A stretch of 64,000 nucleotides of DNA from an uncultured Pseudomonadota bacterium (GTDB lineage: Bacteria; Pseudomonadota; Alphaproteobacteria; JACZXZ01). The stretch is taken from NCBI GenBank assembly GCA_963749075.1, contig CAVVLJ010000023.1:69269-133268 (forward strand), written 5' to 3'. Shown one piece after another: positions 53,992-64,000 of the stretch; the stretch's first letter is position 1; each line of letters opens with the position of its first letter. Below the pieces are notes generated by a model. That model made no database searches. It saw only the letters and a list, made by a program, of their open reading frames with translations, and was not told where the DNA came from. The translations under genes and the position numbers were made by a program.

Positions 53992-56300
53992 ACGAGACTA
54001 CACCCGTGCGCTCGATCGGCGGCTATGTGCCGATGGTGGACGGCCCCGAGAAGGTCTCGGGCCGCGCCAAATACACCGCCGACTTCAGCCGCCCCGGAGC
54101 GCTCGCCGGCCGCATCTTCCGCAGCCCCTACAGCCACGCCGAGATCCTCGAGGTCGACGTGTCGGCGGCGGTGCTGCTGCCGGGCGTCATGGCCGTGGTC
54201 ACGGGGGACGATTGCGACAAGACCTTCGGCGTGCTGCCGATCGCGCGCAGCGAATATCCGCTCGCGCGCGAGCGCGTGCGCTACCGCGGCGAGCCGGTCG
54301 CCGCCGTGGCCGCCGTCGACGAGGCCACCGCCGAGCGCGCACTCGCCCTCATCCGCATGAAAGCGCGCGAGCTTCCCGCCTATTACACCGCCAAGGCGGC
54401 ACTCGCCGAAGGTGCGCTCGACATCCACCCGCACCGCCCGCACAACCTCGAGCGCGACGTGCTCTTCGAGCTCGGCAGCGTAGCCGCGGGCTTCGCCGAG
54501 GCCACTCTCGTGCGCGAGGAGCGCTACCTCTGCGCCGAGGTGTGCCAGAACCAGATGGAGATGCACGCGGCCCTCGCCGAGTACGATCCCTTGCGCGGGC
54601 GCATGACGGTCCACGCCTCGACCCAGGTGCCCTATTACGTGCACCTCATGCTGGCGCGCGTGCTCGACATGGATATGTCGCGCATCCGCGTGATCAAGCC
54701 GCACGTGGGCGGCGGCTTCGGCTGCCGCACCGAGGCGCTCAACGTCGAGCTCATCGCAGCGCTCCTCGCGCGCAAGGCAGGGGGTGCGGTGCGCATTGTG
54801 CTCAGCCGCGAGGAGACCTTCATCACCCACCGCGGGCGGCCGGAGACCGAGATCCGCCTGAAGATGGGCATGCTGAAGGACGGCCGCGTGACCGCCGTCG
54901 AGTGCGAGTGCCACCAGCGCGGCGGGGCCCACAGCGGCTACGGCATCGTCACCATCCTCTACGCAGGCTCGATGCTCTATGCCATCTACGAGCTGCACAA
55001 CGTGAAATACATCGGCGCCCGCGTGCTCACCAACACGCCGCCCTGCGGCGCCTTCCGCGGCCACGGCACGGTCGACATCCGCTTCGCTTTCGAGGCACTC
55101 CTCGACCAGATGGCGGCGGAGCTCGGCCTCGATCCCTTCGCCGTGCGGCGCGCCAATCTCCTGACCGCACCCACCTTCACCGACAACGACCTGATGGTGA
55201 ATAGCTACGGCCTCCCGGAATGCCTCGACCGGGTCGAGGAGGCGAGCGGCTGGAGGGAGCGCAAGGGCCGCCTCGGGCGCGGCAAGGGCCTCGGCATGGC
55301 CTGCTCCCACTACATCAGCGGCGCCTCCAAGCCGGTCAATTGGACGGGCGAGCCGCACGCCACGGTCAAGCTCAAGCTCGACTTCGACGGCTCCATCGTG
55401 CTGCTCACCGGTGCGGCCGAGATCGGCCAGGGCTCCTCGACCATCCTCGTGCAGACTGTGGCCGACGTGCTCGGGCTCGAGATGAGCCGCGTGCGCATCG
55501 TGAGCGGCGACAGCGAGGTGGTGCCCAAGGACAACGGCTCCTACTCCTCGCGCGTCACCTTCATGGTGGGGAACGCCGCGATCGACGCGGCCGAGAAGCT
55601 CAAGAAGCTCCTCGTCGCGGCGGCGGCGAAGAAGCTCGAGGCGCGGCCCGAGGACATCGAGTGCCTGGGCGAGCTCTACCGAGCCGGCGCCCAGGACAAG
55701 GGCATCTCCTTCAACGAGGCGGTGACCGAGGCGCTCAAGGAGAGCGGCACCATCACGGTGAGCGGCAATTTCTCCACCATCCCCGCCTCCCACGGCGGCA
55801 AGAAGTACCGCGGCGCCGCGATCGGCGGCACCATGGGCTACAGCTACGCGGCCCAGGTGGTCGAGGTGAGCGTCGACGAGGAGACCGGCGTCGTCAGCGT
55901 CGACAAGGTGTGGGCGGCGCACGACTGCGGCAAGGCGCTCAACCGCTTGACCGTCGAGGGCCAGGTGCAGGGCTCGGTGTGGATGGGCATGGGCCAGGCG
56001 ATGAGCGAGGAGGCGGGCTATCACGACGGGCTGATGGTGGCCGCCAATATGCTCGACTACCGGGTGCCGACCATCCAGGATTCGCCGCCCATCGAGGTGC
56101 ATATCGTCGAGAGCAACGATCCCCACGGCCCCTTCGGCGCCAAGGAGGCGGGCGAGGGCTCGCTCGCGGGCTTTCTCCCGGCCGTCGCCAACGCGATCGC
56201 CGACGCCATCGGCCTGCGCCTCTACGAGCTGCCGGCAACGCCAGACCGCGTCTTCGCGGCACTGGAAAAGCGGCGCCGGGCGGCAGGCGCGAGGGCCTGA
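53988..56300 (+). CDS. hcrA: 4-hydroxybenzoyl-CoA reductase alpha (Mo) subunit
   Basis: [55 protein letters not shown]. Confidence 0.88.
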   Translation: MNETTPVRSIGGYVPMVDGPEKVSGRAKYTADFSRPGALAGRIFRSPYSHAEILEVDVSAAVLLPGVMAVVTGDDCDKTFGVLPIARSEYPLARERVRYRGEPVAAVAAVDEATAERALALIRMKARELPAYYTAKAALAEGALDIHPHRPHNLERDVLFELGSVAAGFAEATLVREERYLCAEVCQNQMEMHAALAEYDPLRGRMTVHASTQVPYYVHLMLARVLDMDMSRIRVIKPHVGGGFGCRTEALNVELIAALLARKAGGAVRIVLSREETFITHRGRPETEIRLKMGMLKDGRVTAVECECHQRGGAHSGYGIVTILYAGSMLYAIYELHNVKYIGARVLTNTPPCGAFRGHGTVDIRFAFEALLDQMAAELGLDPFAVRRANLLTAPTFTDNDLMVNSYGLPECLDRVEEASGWRERKGRLGRGKGLGMACSHYISGASKPVNWTGEPHATVKLKLDFDGSIVLLTGAAEIGQGSSTILVQTVADVLGLEMSRVRIVSGDSEVVPKDNGSYSSRVTFMVGNAAIDAAEKLKKLLVAAAAKKLEARPEDIECLGELYRAGAQDKGISFNEAVTEALKESGTITVSGNFSTIPASHGGKKYRGAAIGGTMGYSYAAQVVEVSVDEETGVVSVDKVWAAHDCGKALNRLTVEGQVQGSVWMGMGQAMSEEAGYHDGLMVAANMLDYRVPTIQDSPPIEVHIVESNDPHGPFGAKEAGEGSLAGFLPAVANAIADAIGLRLYELPATPDRVFAALEKRRRAAGARA

Positions 56301-57304
56301 TGGAGGCGCTGCCGGAGTTCCGCCTGCTCCGCCCGACGCGCGCGGCCGAGGTCGCGGCGGCGCTGGCCGCGCACCCGGGGAGCCGCCTTCTCGGCGGCGG
56401 CACCGATCTCGTGGTCAATATCAGGCGCGGCATCGAGGCGCCGCCAGCACTCATCGACATGAACGGCATAGCTGAGCTGCGCATCCTTTCGGCGGATGGC
56501 GACGCACTCGCACTCGGCGCCTCGCTCAAGATCGCCGAGCTCGCGGCACATCCGGCGCTGGCAGCACACTATCCGGTGGTGGCCGAGGCCGCGGCCTCGA
56601 TCGCGGGGCCCACCCAGCGCAACATGGGGACGGTGGGCGGCAACCTCTGCCTCGACACGCGCTGCATCTATTACAATCAGAGCGGCTGGTGGCGCGGCGC
56701 CAACGAGCATTGCCTCAAGACCGTCGGCAAGATGTGCCACGTGGCGCCCAAGAGCCGCGGCGTCTGCTTCGCCACCTATAGCGGGGATCTGGCACCGGCG
56801 CTCATGGTGCTCGGCGCCGAGGTCGAGCTCCTGGGGCCGGAGGGCGCTCGGACGCTGCCGTTAGCCGAGCTCTACATCGGCCACGCCCGCCAGGACGGCT
56901 CGAGCGGCGACGGCAAGCGCTATCTCTCGCTCAGGCCCGGCGAGTTCGTGACCGGGGTGCGGGTGCTGAACGCGCCGGGCCTGCGCTCGGGCTACGACAA
57001 GCTGCGCATCCGCCGCTCGATCGAATATCCGGTCTGCGGCGTGGCGGTCGCGTTGCGCCGCGAGGGCGATAGGCTCACAGAGCTGCGCGTCGCCTTCACC
57101 GGCACCAATCCGCGCCCGGTGCTCTTGGCGGGCACGGCGGCGCTCTGCGGCGGCCCGCTCGACGGAGAGCTCGAGGCCGGCCTCGATGCCCTCGTGCGCG
57201 ACCAGGTCATGGCCATGAAGACCACCTTCACGCCCGGCCATTACCGCCGCCGCATGGCGGGCGTCCTCGCGCGCCGCCTGGTCGCCCGGCTCTACGCGGG
57301 GTAG
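56300..57304 (+). CDS. hcrB: 4-hydroxybenzoyl-CoA reductase beta (FAD, [4Fe-4S]) subunit
   Basis: GGGTDL; insertion LDTRCIYYNQS..CLK..CHV..C with four Cys, typical of HcrB. Confidence 0.88.
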   Translation: MEALPEFRLLRPTRAAEVAAALAAHPGSRLLGGGTDLVVNIRRGIEAPPALIDMNGIAELRILSADGDALALGASLKIAELAAHPALAAHYPVVAEAAASIAGPTQRNMGTVGGNLCLDTRCIYYNQSGWWRGANEHCLKTVGKMCHVAPKSRGVCFATYSGDLAPALMVLGAEVELLGPEGARTLPLAELYIGHARQDGSSGDGKRYLSLRPGEFVTGVRVLNAPGLRSGYDKLRIRRSIEYPVCGVAVALRREGDRLTELRVAFTGTNPRPVLLAGTAALCGGPLDGELEAGLDALVRDQVMAMKTTFTPGHYRRRMAGVLARRLVARLYAG

Positions 57305-57306
57305 CG

Positions 57307-57744
57307 GTGGCGCCGCGGCCGGCGGCGGACGAGAGGCGCCACGGCATCGGCGAGCTCGCGCGCGAGTTCGACGTGACGACGCGCACCATCCGCTTCTACG
57401 AGGACGAGGGCCTGCTGGCGCCCGAGCGGCGCGGCCAGGCGGGCCTCTACAGCCCGCGCGAGCGTGTGCGGCTCGAGCTCATCCTGCGCGGCAAGCGCCT
57501 CGGCTTCAGCCTCGCCGAGATCAAGGAGGTCCTGGCGCTCTATGACGCAGCCCCCGGCGAGGCGGGCCAGCGCAGCCACTTCCTCGGCAAGATCGCCGGG
57601 CGCCGCCGCCAGCTCGAGCAGCAGCGCGGGGACGTCGCGCCGACGCTCGCCGAGCTCGGAAGCGTCGAAGCGCACTGCCAGGCGAGGCTCGCGGAGCTCG
57701 AGGGCCGACGCAAGCCGGCGGCGCGCTCGGCGAAGGGTTGGTAG
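57307..57744 (+). CDS. MerR-family regulator (LiuR-like)
   Basis: IGELAREFDVTTRTIRFYEDEGLL, LILRGKRLGFSLAEIKE. Confidence 0.88.
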   Translation: MAPRPAADERRHGIGELAREFDVTTRTIRFYEDEGLLAPERRGQAGLYSPRERVRLELILRGKRLGFSLAEIKEVLALYDAAPGEAGQRSHFLGKIAGRRRQLEQQRGDVAPTLAELGSVEAHCQARLAELEGRRKPAARSAKGW

Positions 57745-57807
57745 GGAAATATTGTCCGAATATCACGGTCTATTGCGAAATGCGCCGCCTTGGATGCGCA
57801 GCATAAG

Positions 57808-59145
57808 TCAGCGGGAACGCGAGGTCGGCAATCCGCGCTCTTCGGCCTGCCGTACACGAAGGAAGGCGGACGAGAGTCTCTTGATCGTGGCCCGAGATAG
57901 CCCGCACGCGGCAAAGTGCTTGTCCCAGCTCTTCATGCGGTCAACGAGTTCCGCCATCACGCTCACGGCCTCGTCGGCGGTCAGGTAGAATGAGCGGCAG
58001 TCCGTCAATGCGACCTCGAGGCTCGCGTCGCGCACACTGTAGCCGTCCTTGTTGCGTCCGACGCCCAAAGCAAGACGGCGCGTCTCATCGCCATGTTCCG
58101 GGAAAGAGTTGAGGTCATATGCCGGGGAAAGCCGCCACGTTTGATTGCCATCATAGAGGAAACCGTGGTTGCGGAGATGATCGTCGTTATTGTTGCACAA
58201 GATGTTGAATATCATCCGCCGAAAGAGCTGACGGCAGTCGATTTTGGGTTGTGAGCCGAGACGGCGCAGCCGATCGACAAGCGAACGATAGGATTGTTCG
58301 TGGGCCTCCGTCTCGTGAGCGGCAAGCATGGTGAGGCCGGACACGAAGTGGCGGCGCCAGAAGCCGAGGGCTCTTCGATCCGGGCGGCCTAGCTCCGGGA
58401 TCGGGATCCGGTCGAAACGGCGGATCAGATAGACGTCGCGGCCCGCCACGGCCGCGACATCGACCTCCGGCACGTCGATGCCGCAGAGCCTCGCCAGCGA
58501 CATCGTGGCGTATTCGATTCGGCAGGTCTGTTCTATGCCTTTGGCCTTGTCGTCATCTCGGCCGAACTTGGCAATCGTCGGATAGCCGTTCCAAGTGAAA
58601 GTGCCCTTGGGCCGAGCGCCGCCCAGCGACGAGCCGCGTACGATGAAGCGGCGTATCCTTCGATCGAGGCCTTTGGCAGTGGAAAGTCCGGCGACGGCTT
58701 CGAGCATGTCGGCAAGGTCGAGCTCGCTGTCATCGTCTTGCGTCGTGATCCAGGGTGCCGCACGACGGGGCCCGCTCAAATCGGGGCCGAAAGCAAGCGC
58801 GCCCACTCGCTCGCCGCCCGCGGCGGTGAGAAAGTCGAAGAGCCTGAGATCCGTGCGGCCGGACTCGCGCCTTAACAGGCTCTGGCCCCAATCGTCGGGG
58901 ACGGCGTCCCGAATGCCGCCGAAGAACTCGAAGTCTGCCGCCGTCGTGAAGGTCATGTCCGGCGATATCCCCCGCACGGGGAGCTCGACAGGGTCGGCCG
59001 CGATTGCATCGGGGCGCTCCAGATACGAAGCGTCGTAGCGGAACGTCGCCCGGCCGGACCGTGGGCCGTCCTCGATCATGGCGAGCAGGCCGGCGAGGAC
59101 GGGCCCATCCAGCATGTGCATGTAGACGTATGTCTGTCGCGGCAT
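57808..59145 (-). CDS. hipA: HipA-family kinase toxin
   Basis: PDDWG, SSLGGARPK, IAKF, RRFDR, NNDDHLRNHG, LSPAYD. Confidence 0.92.
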   Translation of the reverse strand: MPRQTYVYMHMLDGPVLAGLLAMIEDGPRSGRATFRYDASYLERPDAIAADPVELPVRGISPDMTFTTAADFEFFGGIRDAVPDDWGQSLLRRESGRTDLRLFDFLTAAGGERVGALAFGPDLSGPRRAAPWITTQDDDSELDLADMLEAVAGLSTAKGLDRRIRRFIVRGSSLGGARPKGTFTWNGYPTIAKFGRDDDKAKGIEQTCRIEYATMSLARLCGIDVPEVDVAAVAGRDVYLIRRFDRIPIPELGRPDRRALGFWRRHFVSGLTMLAAHETEAHEQSYRSLVDRLRRLGSQPKIDCRQLFRRMIFNILCNNNDDHLRNHGFLYDGNQTWRLSPAYDLNSFPEHGDETRRLALGVGRNKDGYSVRDASLEVALTDCRSFYLTADEAVSVMAELVDRMKSWDKHFAACGLSRATIKRLSSAFLRVRQAEERGLPTSRSR

Positions 59146-59148
59146 GGA

Positions 59149-59478
59149 TTAGGGCTTTGCTTTGCGGCGAATGCGTTTCGGCAGACGAGCGATATCGAGC
59201 GATTTGCCCATTGCATCGGTGTCGGGGTCGGCGACCGCGCTGAAGCGGTGGTGAAGCTGGAGAACCCAGAGGGCGGAAAGTAGAATTCCGAGCGAGACGG
59301 AGGGGTCGCCCGCCTCCAAACGGACGACGCTCATGGGGCTGACCATCATGCGCTCCGCCATGCTGCGGACAGAGATGTTCCGGCGCGTTCGCGCCACGCG
59401 AAGATGCTGCCCCACGCGTCGCAGGATGTCCTCGACGGGCAGCGGCAAGGCCAAGCGGGAGGCGGAGAGTTTCGCCAT
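59149..59478 (-). CDS. HipB-like XRE antitoxin
   Basis: GQHLRVARTRR..SVVRLEAGDPSVSLG..LPKRIR, 3 bp upstream of hipA. Confidence 0.85.
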   Translation of the reverse strand: MAKLSASRLALPLPVEDILRRVGQHLRVARTRRNISVRSMAERMMVSPMSVVRLEAGDPSVSLGILLSALWVLQLHHRFSAVADPDTDAMGKSLDIARLPKRIRRKAKP

Positions 59479-59490
59479 GTCAGGAACAAT

Positions 59491-59512
59491 ACGTTATTAT
59501 ATAGGATAACGT
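59491..59512. promoter_or_regulatory. Palindromic operator of hipBA
   Basis: ACGTTAT-N8-ATAACGT 12 bp upstream of the ATG; degenerate second copy at ~59522-59543. Confidence 0.65.
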
Positions 59513-59591
59513 AAGAGGAATATGAATATCTATATGATAACATTACTCCGCATCAGGACGGGCGCCGGGCCCAATCTCGCAGCGCCGACCG

Positions 59592-59879
59592 TCACCCCGC
59601 AAGCGCGCGCTTGACCGCCTCCGGCTCGCGCTCGATCACGCGGAGGAGTGCCCGCGCCGCGCCCTCCGGCCGGCGGCGCCCTTGCTCCCAATTCTGCAAG
59701 GCGTCCAGCTTGAAGCCGAGGCGTGCGGTGAATTCTCCTTGGGAAAGGCCAAGTCGCTTGCGAATGGCCGCCACGTCGACATGCTCGGGCACATGGGCGA
59801 CGAAACCATCGCGCGCGCCCTTGGCATAAGCCAGCGCTTGGCGCGCGTCCCTGAGGATGCCTTGCCCCGACTTCGACAT
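59592..59879 (-). CDS. Orphan HigA-like XRE antitoxin
   Basis: [34 protein letters not shown]; upstream only a stub (LASEYRKGAR-stop, TGAATG junction). Confidence 0.85.
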   Translation of the reverse strand: MSKSGQGILRDARQALAYAKGARDGFVAHVPEHVDVAAIRKRLGLSQGEFTARLGFKLDALQNWEQGRRRPEGAARALLRVIEREPEAVKRALAG

Positions 59880-60069
59880 TCAGCGTGCTCCCTTCCGATA
59901 TTCGGACGCCAGGCGCAAGCCCGATGGCATATACGCCATTGGCGGATCATGGCAAGCGGCTCGATAGCCGTCGCCCGGCGCGGTTCGCCGTTTGGGCATA
60001 TTCGCCGCCCTTCGCACTCGGCGGCGTTCCGGCTAGTGTAGCGGGCAAGCGAGCGGGAGGAGCCGGCCC

Positions 60070-61242
60070 ATGATCCCCAACCAGCCAGAGGGCTTCGACT
60101 TCGGCCTCGGCGAGACCGCCGAGATGCTGCGCCGCACGGTACGCGATTTCGCCGCGGACAGGATCGCACCCTTGGCCCAGGAGATCGATCGCAGCAACCA
60201 TTTCCCGCGCGAGCTGTGGCCCGAGCTCGGCAGCCTCGGGCTCTTGGGCGTCACGGTCGAGGAGGAGTACGGCGGCGCCGGCATGGGCTATCTCGAGCAT
60301 TGCGTCGCCATGGAGGAGATCAGCCGCGCCTCCGCCTCGATCGGCCTCTCCTACGGCGCCCACTCGAACCTCTGCGTCAACCAGCTCCGCCGCAACGGCA
60401 CGCCCGAGCAGAAGCGGCGCTATCTCCCCAAGCTCATCTCGGGCGAGCATTTGGGGGCACTCGCCATGAGCGAGCCGGGGGCGGGCTCCGACGTGGTGGG
60501 GATGAAGCTGCGCGCCGAGCGGCAGGGCGGGCGCTACGTCCTGAACGGCAGCAAGATGTGGATCACCAACGGCCCCACGGCCAACGTGCTGGTGGTCTAC
60601 GGCAAGACGGACCCTGCCGCCGGACCGCGCGGCATCACGGCCTTCATCGTCGAGCGCGGATTTGCCGGCTTCTCCACGGCGCAGAAGCTCGACAAGCTCG
60701 GCATGCGCGGCTCGGACACGGGCGAGCTCGTCTTCCAGGACTGCGAGGTGCCGGCGGAGAACGTGCTCGGCGAGGTGGGGAAGGGCGTGGGCGTGCTGAT
60801 GAGCGGGCTCGACTACGAGCGCGCGGTGCTCGCGGCGGGCCCTTGCGGCATCATGCAGGCCTGCCTCGACGTGGTGGTGCCCTACGTCCACGAGCGCCGC
60901 CAGTTCGGCGAGCCCATCGGCAGCTTCCAGCTCGTGCAGGGCAAGCTCGCCGACATGTACACCACCACCAACGCCTGCAAGGCCTACGTCTACGCCGTGG
61001 CCAGGGCCTGCGACAGCGGCCGGACCACGCGCAAGGACGCCGCCGGCGCCATCCTCTACGCCGCCGAGAAGGCGACCCAAGTGGCGCTCGACGCCATCCA
61101 GCTCCTGGGCGGCAACGGCTACATCAACGACTATCCGACGGGCCGCCTGCTGCGCGACGCCAAGCTCTACGAGATCGGCGCCGGCACCTCCGAGATCCGC
61201 CGCTGGCTCATCGGGCGGGCGATCTTCGAGGAGACGGGGTGA
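60070..61242 (+). CDS. ivd: Isovaleryl-CoA dehydrogenase
   Basis: [50 protein letters not shown]. Confidence 0.93.
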   Translation: MIPNQPEGFDFGLGETAEMLRRTVRDFAADRIAPLAQEIDRSNHFPRELWPELGSLGLLGVTVEEEYGGAGMGYLEHCVAMEEISRASASIGLSYGAHSNLCVNQLRRNGTPEQKRRYLPKLISGEHLGALAMSEPGAGSDVVGMKLRAERQGGRYVLNGSKMWITNGPTANVLVVYGKTDPAAGPRGITAFIVERGFAGFSTAQKLDKLGMRGSDTGELVFQDCEVPAENVLGEVGKGVGVLMSGLDYERAVLAAGPCGIMQACLDVVVPYVHERRQFGEPIGSFQLVQGKLADMYTTTNACKAYVYAVARACDSGRTTRKDAAGAILYAAEKATQVALDAIQLLGGNGYINDYPTGRLLRDAKLYEIGAGTSEIRRWLIGRAIFEETG

Positions 61243-61330
61243 GGTGGCCATATGCGCAAACGGCGCACCGCACAATTGACGAGCGCTGGCCCGTTAACCG
61301 ATTATGCGGGGCGTGCGGTGGAGGTGGGTT

Positions 61331-61546
61331 ATGTCGTCGAAACCACCGCGTCAAGAAGGAGAGAGCGTGGCGGACGGCGATGAGGTGGAGAGCGCCGCTC
61401 GGAGGCTCCGCCGCCTGCAAGAGCGCGTCAGCCGAAGGCTGAGCGGGCCGCAGTTCTCCGTCGATGAGTTTCTGGCCGAGCGCCGCCGCGAAGCCGAGCG
61501 CGAGGAGGAAAGCGCTAAGCCGTGGTCGGACCCGCGGCGCCGATAA
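61331..61546 (+). CDS. Small protein resembling the C-terminal half of a VapB-type antitoxin
   Basis: RBS GGAGG; SVDEFLAERRREAERE tail; no DNA-binding domain or PIN toxin follows. Confidence 0.45.
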   Translation: MSSKPPRQEGESVADGDEVESAARRLRRLQERVSRRLSGPQFSVDEFLAERRREAEREEESAKPWSDPRRR

Positions 61547-61577
61547 AGCAACTTCCAGAAAGGCTCGGAGCGGACTC

Positions 61578-62177
61578 ATGGCAACGCGCGTCACCATTCC
61601 GGCACGCAAAGGGAAGGCGGCGATCCTGCGCCGGGGCCAGCGCCTCGCGGTCGTCAACGTCCACGGCAGCCAGGTCGTCGACACCTGGGCCTTCTCGCTT
61701 CATGACCCGCGCGAGTTCATGTCGATGGCGCACATCCATACCCATCTCCTCTGCCTCTTCCCCAAGCCGGGCGACGCCCTCGTCACCAACCGGCGCCGGC
61801 CGATCCTGACGCTCGTCGAGGACAGCTCGCCCGGCATCCACGACACCGTCATCGCGGCCTGCGACCGCTACCGCTACGAGCTCCTCGGCTGCAAGGACTA
61901 CCACGACAATTGCGCGGACAATCTCGCGGCCGGCCTGGCCGAGCTCGGCATGACGCCGCCCGAGACGCCGGCCCCCCTCAATCTCTTCATGAACATCCCG
62001 GTGGGTGCCGCAGGCGGCCTCGCCTTCGAGCCGGCACTCTCCAAGCCGGGCGATGCGGTGACGTTCCGCGCCGAGATGGATTGCGTCGTCGCCTTCTCCG
62101 CCTGCCCGCAAGACATCGTGCCGATCAACGGCGAGGCGTGTGAGCCGATGGACGCGGAGTTCGAGATCCTGCCGTAG
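61578..62177 (+). CDS. Urea carboxylase-associated family protein (DUF1989)
   Basis: GSQVVDTWAF, HDTVIAACD, HDNCADN, NLFMNIP, SACPQD. Confidence 0.88.
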   Translation: MATRVTIPARKGKAAILRRGQRLAVVNVHGSQVVDTWAFSLHDPREFMSMAHIHTHLLCLFPKPGDALVTNRRRPILTLVEDSSPGIHDTVIAACDRYRYELLGCKDYHDNCADNLAAGLAELGMTPPETPAPLNLFMNIPVGAAGGLAFEPALSKPGDAVTFRAEMDCVVAFSACPQDIVPINGEACEPMDAEFEILP

Positions 62178-62194
62178 AGGAGCTGCCGAGAGCC

Positions 62195-62875
62195 ATGCCG
62201 AGCCTGCTCATCACCGGCGCCGGCCGCGGGCTCGGCCTTGAATTCGTCCGCCAATACGCCGCCGACGGCTGGCGCGTCCATGCCTGTGCCCGGGCACCCG
62301 CTCAGTCGCCGGCGCTCAAGGCGCTTTCCGGCGACGTGGTCCTCCACCGACTCGAGGTCTCCGATGCGGCTCAGCTCGCGGCGCTCAAGGCAGCGCTCGC
62401 GGATGAGCCGATCGATCTCCTCATCAACAACGCCGGCATCTCCGGGCCGCGCGTCGAGACGATCCCCGAGATCGCCGACGCCGCCTGGCTCGAGGTCTTC
62501 CACGTCAATGCGATCGCACCCTTGCGCCTGTCAACGGCGCTTGCCGACAACGTGGCGCGGAGCCGGCTCAGGCTCATGGTCTACATCACGAGCCAGCTGG
62601 GCTCGATTGCGCGCATCTCCGCCGGCCGTTATCCCTATCGCATGAGCAAGGCGGCGCTCAACGCCGGCGCGCGCGCCCTCGCCCTCGAGCTTGCCGGGCG
62701 CGGCATCACCGGCGTCCTCTTCCATCCGGGCTGGGTGCGCACCGACATGGGCGGGCCGGGTGCCGCGCTCGATGCCAAGAGCAGCATCGCCGCCATGCGT
62801 ACCGTGATCGCCAGGCTCAAGCCCTCCGACAACGGCCGCTTCCTCAATTACGACGGCACCGAGATGCCCTGGTAG
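62195..62875 (+). CDS. SDR oxidoreductase (CsgA-like)
   Basis: TGAGRGLG, NNAG, YRMSKAALN, HPGWVRTDMGG. Confidence 0.92.
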   Translation: MPSLLITGAGRGLGLEFVRQYAADGWRVHACARAPAQSPALKALSGDVVLHRLEVSDAAQLAALKAALADEPIDLLINNAGISGPRVETIPEIADAAWLEVFHVNAIAPLRLSTALADNVARSRLRLMVYITSQLGSIARISAGRYPYRMSKAALNAGARALALELAGRGITGVLFHPGWVRTDMGGPGAALDAKSSIAAMRTVIARLKPSDNGRFLNYDGTEMPW

Positions 62876-62887
62876 GAGATCCGGCTC

Positions 62888-64000
62888 ATGATGCTCAGCG
62901 AAGCGCAAACGATGGTCCGCGACACGGCGCGCGCCTTTGCCGAGGAGAAGCTCGCCCCCCATGCCGCCGCCTGGGACCGCGAGTCGCGTTTTCCCAAGGA
63001 GGCCATCGCCGAGATGGGCCGCCTCGGCTTCATGGGCATGCTGGTGCCCGAGGAATGGGGCGGGGCGGCCGCCGACCAGGTGAGCTATGCCCTCGCCATC
63101 GAGGAGATCGCGGCGGGCGACGGCTCCTGCGCCGGCATCATGAGCGTGCACAACTCGGTCGGCTGCATGCCCATCTACCGCTTCGGCTCCGAGGAGCAGA
63201 AGCGGCGCTTCCTCCCGCGCCTGGCGAGCGGGGAATGGCTCGCCGCCTTTTGTCTCACCGAGCCGCAGGCGGGCTCGGACGCCTCCAACCTCAAGACGCG
63301 CGCGCGGCGCCAGGGCAACCATTACGTCCTCGAAGGGACCAAGCAGTTCATCACCAACGGCAGCACCGCCAAGGTGGCGATCGTCTTCGCCGTGACCGAC
63401 CCCGCCAAGGGGAAGAAGGGCATCTCCGCCTTCATCGTGCCGACCGACACGCCGGGCTACGTGGTGGCGCGCAAGGAGGAGAAGATGGGCCAGCGCGCCT
63501 CCGACACCTGCCAGATCGTCTTCGCCGACTGCCGCCTCACCCCCGACCTCCTCTTGGGCGAGGAGGGCCAAGGCTACCGCATCGCACTTGCCAATCTCGA
63601 GGGCGGGCGCATCGGCATCGCGGCCCAGGCGCTCGGCCTGGCGCGCGCGGCCTATGAGGCGGCGCTCGCCTACGCCAAGGAGCGCACCAGCTTCGGCAAG
63701 CCCTTGATCGGCCACCAGGCGGTCGCCTTCCGCTTGGCCGCCATGGCGACTGAGATCGAGGCGGCGCGCCAGCTCGTGCTGCATGCGGCCGAGCTCAAGG
63801 ACCGCGGCGAGCCCTGCCTCAAGGAGGCGTGCATGGCCAAGCTCTTCGCCAGCGACATGGCCGAGCGCGTCTGCTCGGAGGCGATCCAGGTGCACGGCGG
63901 CTACGGCTACCTCCGCGACTTCCCGGTCGAGCGCATCTACCGCGACGTGCGCGTCACCAAGATCTACGAGGGCACCAGCGACGTGCAGCTCATGGTGATC
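62888..64000 (+). CDS. Acyl-CoA dehydrogenase (short/branched chain), runs off window
   Basis: Manual translation: [60 protein letters not shown]. Confidence 0.92.
   Translation, partial: MMLSEAQTMVRDTARAFAEEKLAPHAAAWDRESRFPKEAIAEMGRLGFMGMLVPEEWGGAAADQVSYALAIEEIAAGDGSCAGIMSVHNSVGCMPIYRFGSEEQKRRFLPRLASGEWLAAFCLTEPQAGSDASNLKTRARRQGNHYVLEGTKQFITNGSTAKVAIVFAVTDPAKGKKGISAFIVPTDTPGYVVARKEEKMGQRASDTCQIVFADCRLTPDLLLGEEGQGYRIALANLEGGRIGIAAQALGLARAAYEAALAYAKERTSFGKPLIGHQAVAFRLAAMATEIEAARQLVLHAAELKDRGEPCLKEACMAKLFASDMAERVCSEAIQVHGGYGYLRDFPVERIYRDVRVTKIYEGTSDVQLMVI

Noticed and set aside
57754-59907. 11-bp inverted repeat GTCCGAATATC / GATATTCGGAC around hipBA-higA
   Set aside because: It is short, and the right copy lies within the residual toxin codons, so it may be chance; not called as element ends.

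Overview
GC-rich chromosomal window, most likely from an alphaproteobacterium (inferred from the REP-type repeats, a GAAC-N7-GAAC LexA box and the pccA-acyP-lipB-tRNA-Leu-maeB block). The backbone is metabolic. It holds an F420-linked oxidative pentose-phosphate operon (fgd-cofE-cofD-cofC-gnd-pgl), pxpABC, an unassigned xanthine-dehydrogenase-family Mo-hydroxylase, two Liv-type ABC transporters, a lactonase/SDR-rich catabolic operon, hcrCAB and leucine/acyl-CoA genes. Four AT-richer accessory islands interrupt it. (1) ~1.1-3.95 kb: an IS5-disrupted methyltransferase relic and a LexA-box-preceded small protein + dCTP deaminase pair. (2) ~33.1-37.5 kb: a RelE/HigB-type toxin gene split by a 3.6-kb segment with 21-bp terminal inverted repeats, carrying a HEPN protein and an IS3. 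(3) ~49.5-53.45 kb: MNT-HEPN plus a metacaspase and a PD-(D/E)xK nuclease. (4) ~57.75-60.0 kb: HipBA and toxin-antitoxin relics. The best candidates for an undescribed system are the caspase+nuclease pair, the SOS-boxed dCTP deaminase module, the recombinase-less IR-bounded element and the F420-dependent pentose-phosphate operon. All calls come from motif recognition by eye; no searches were run.
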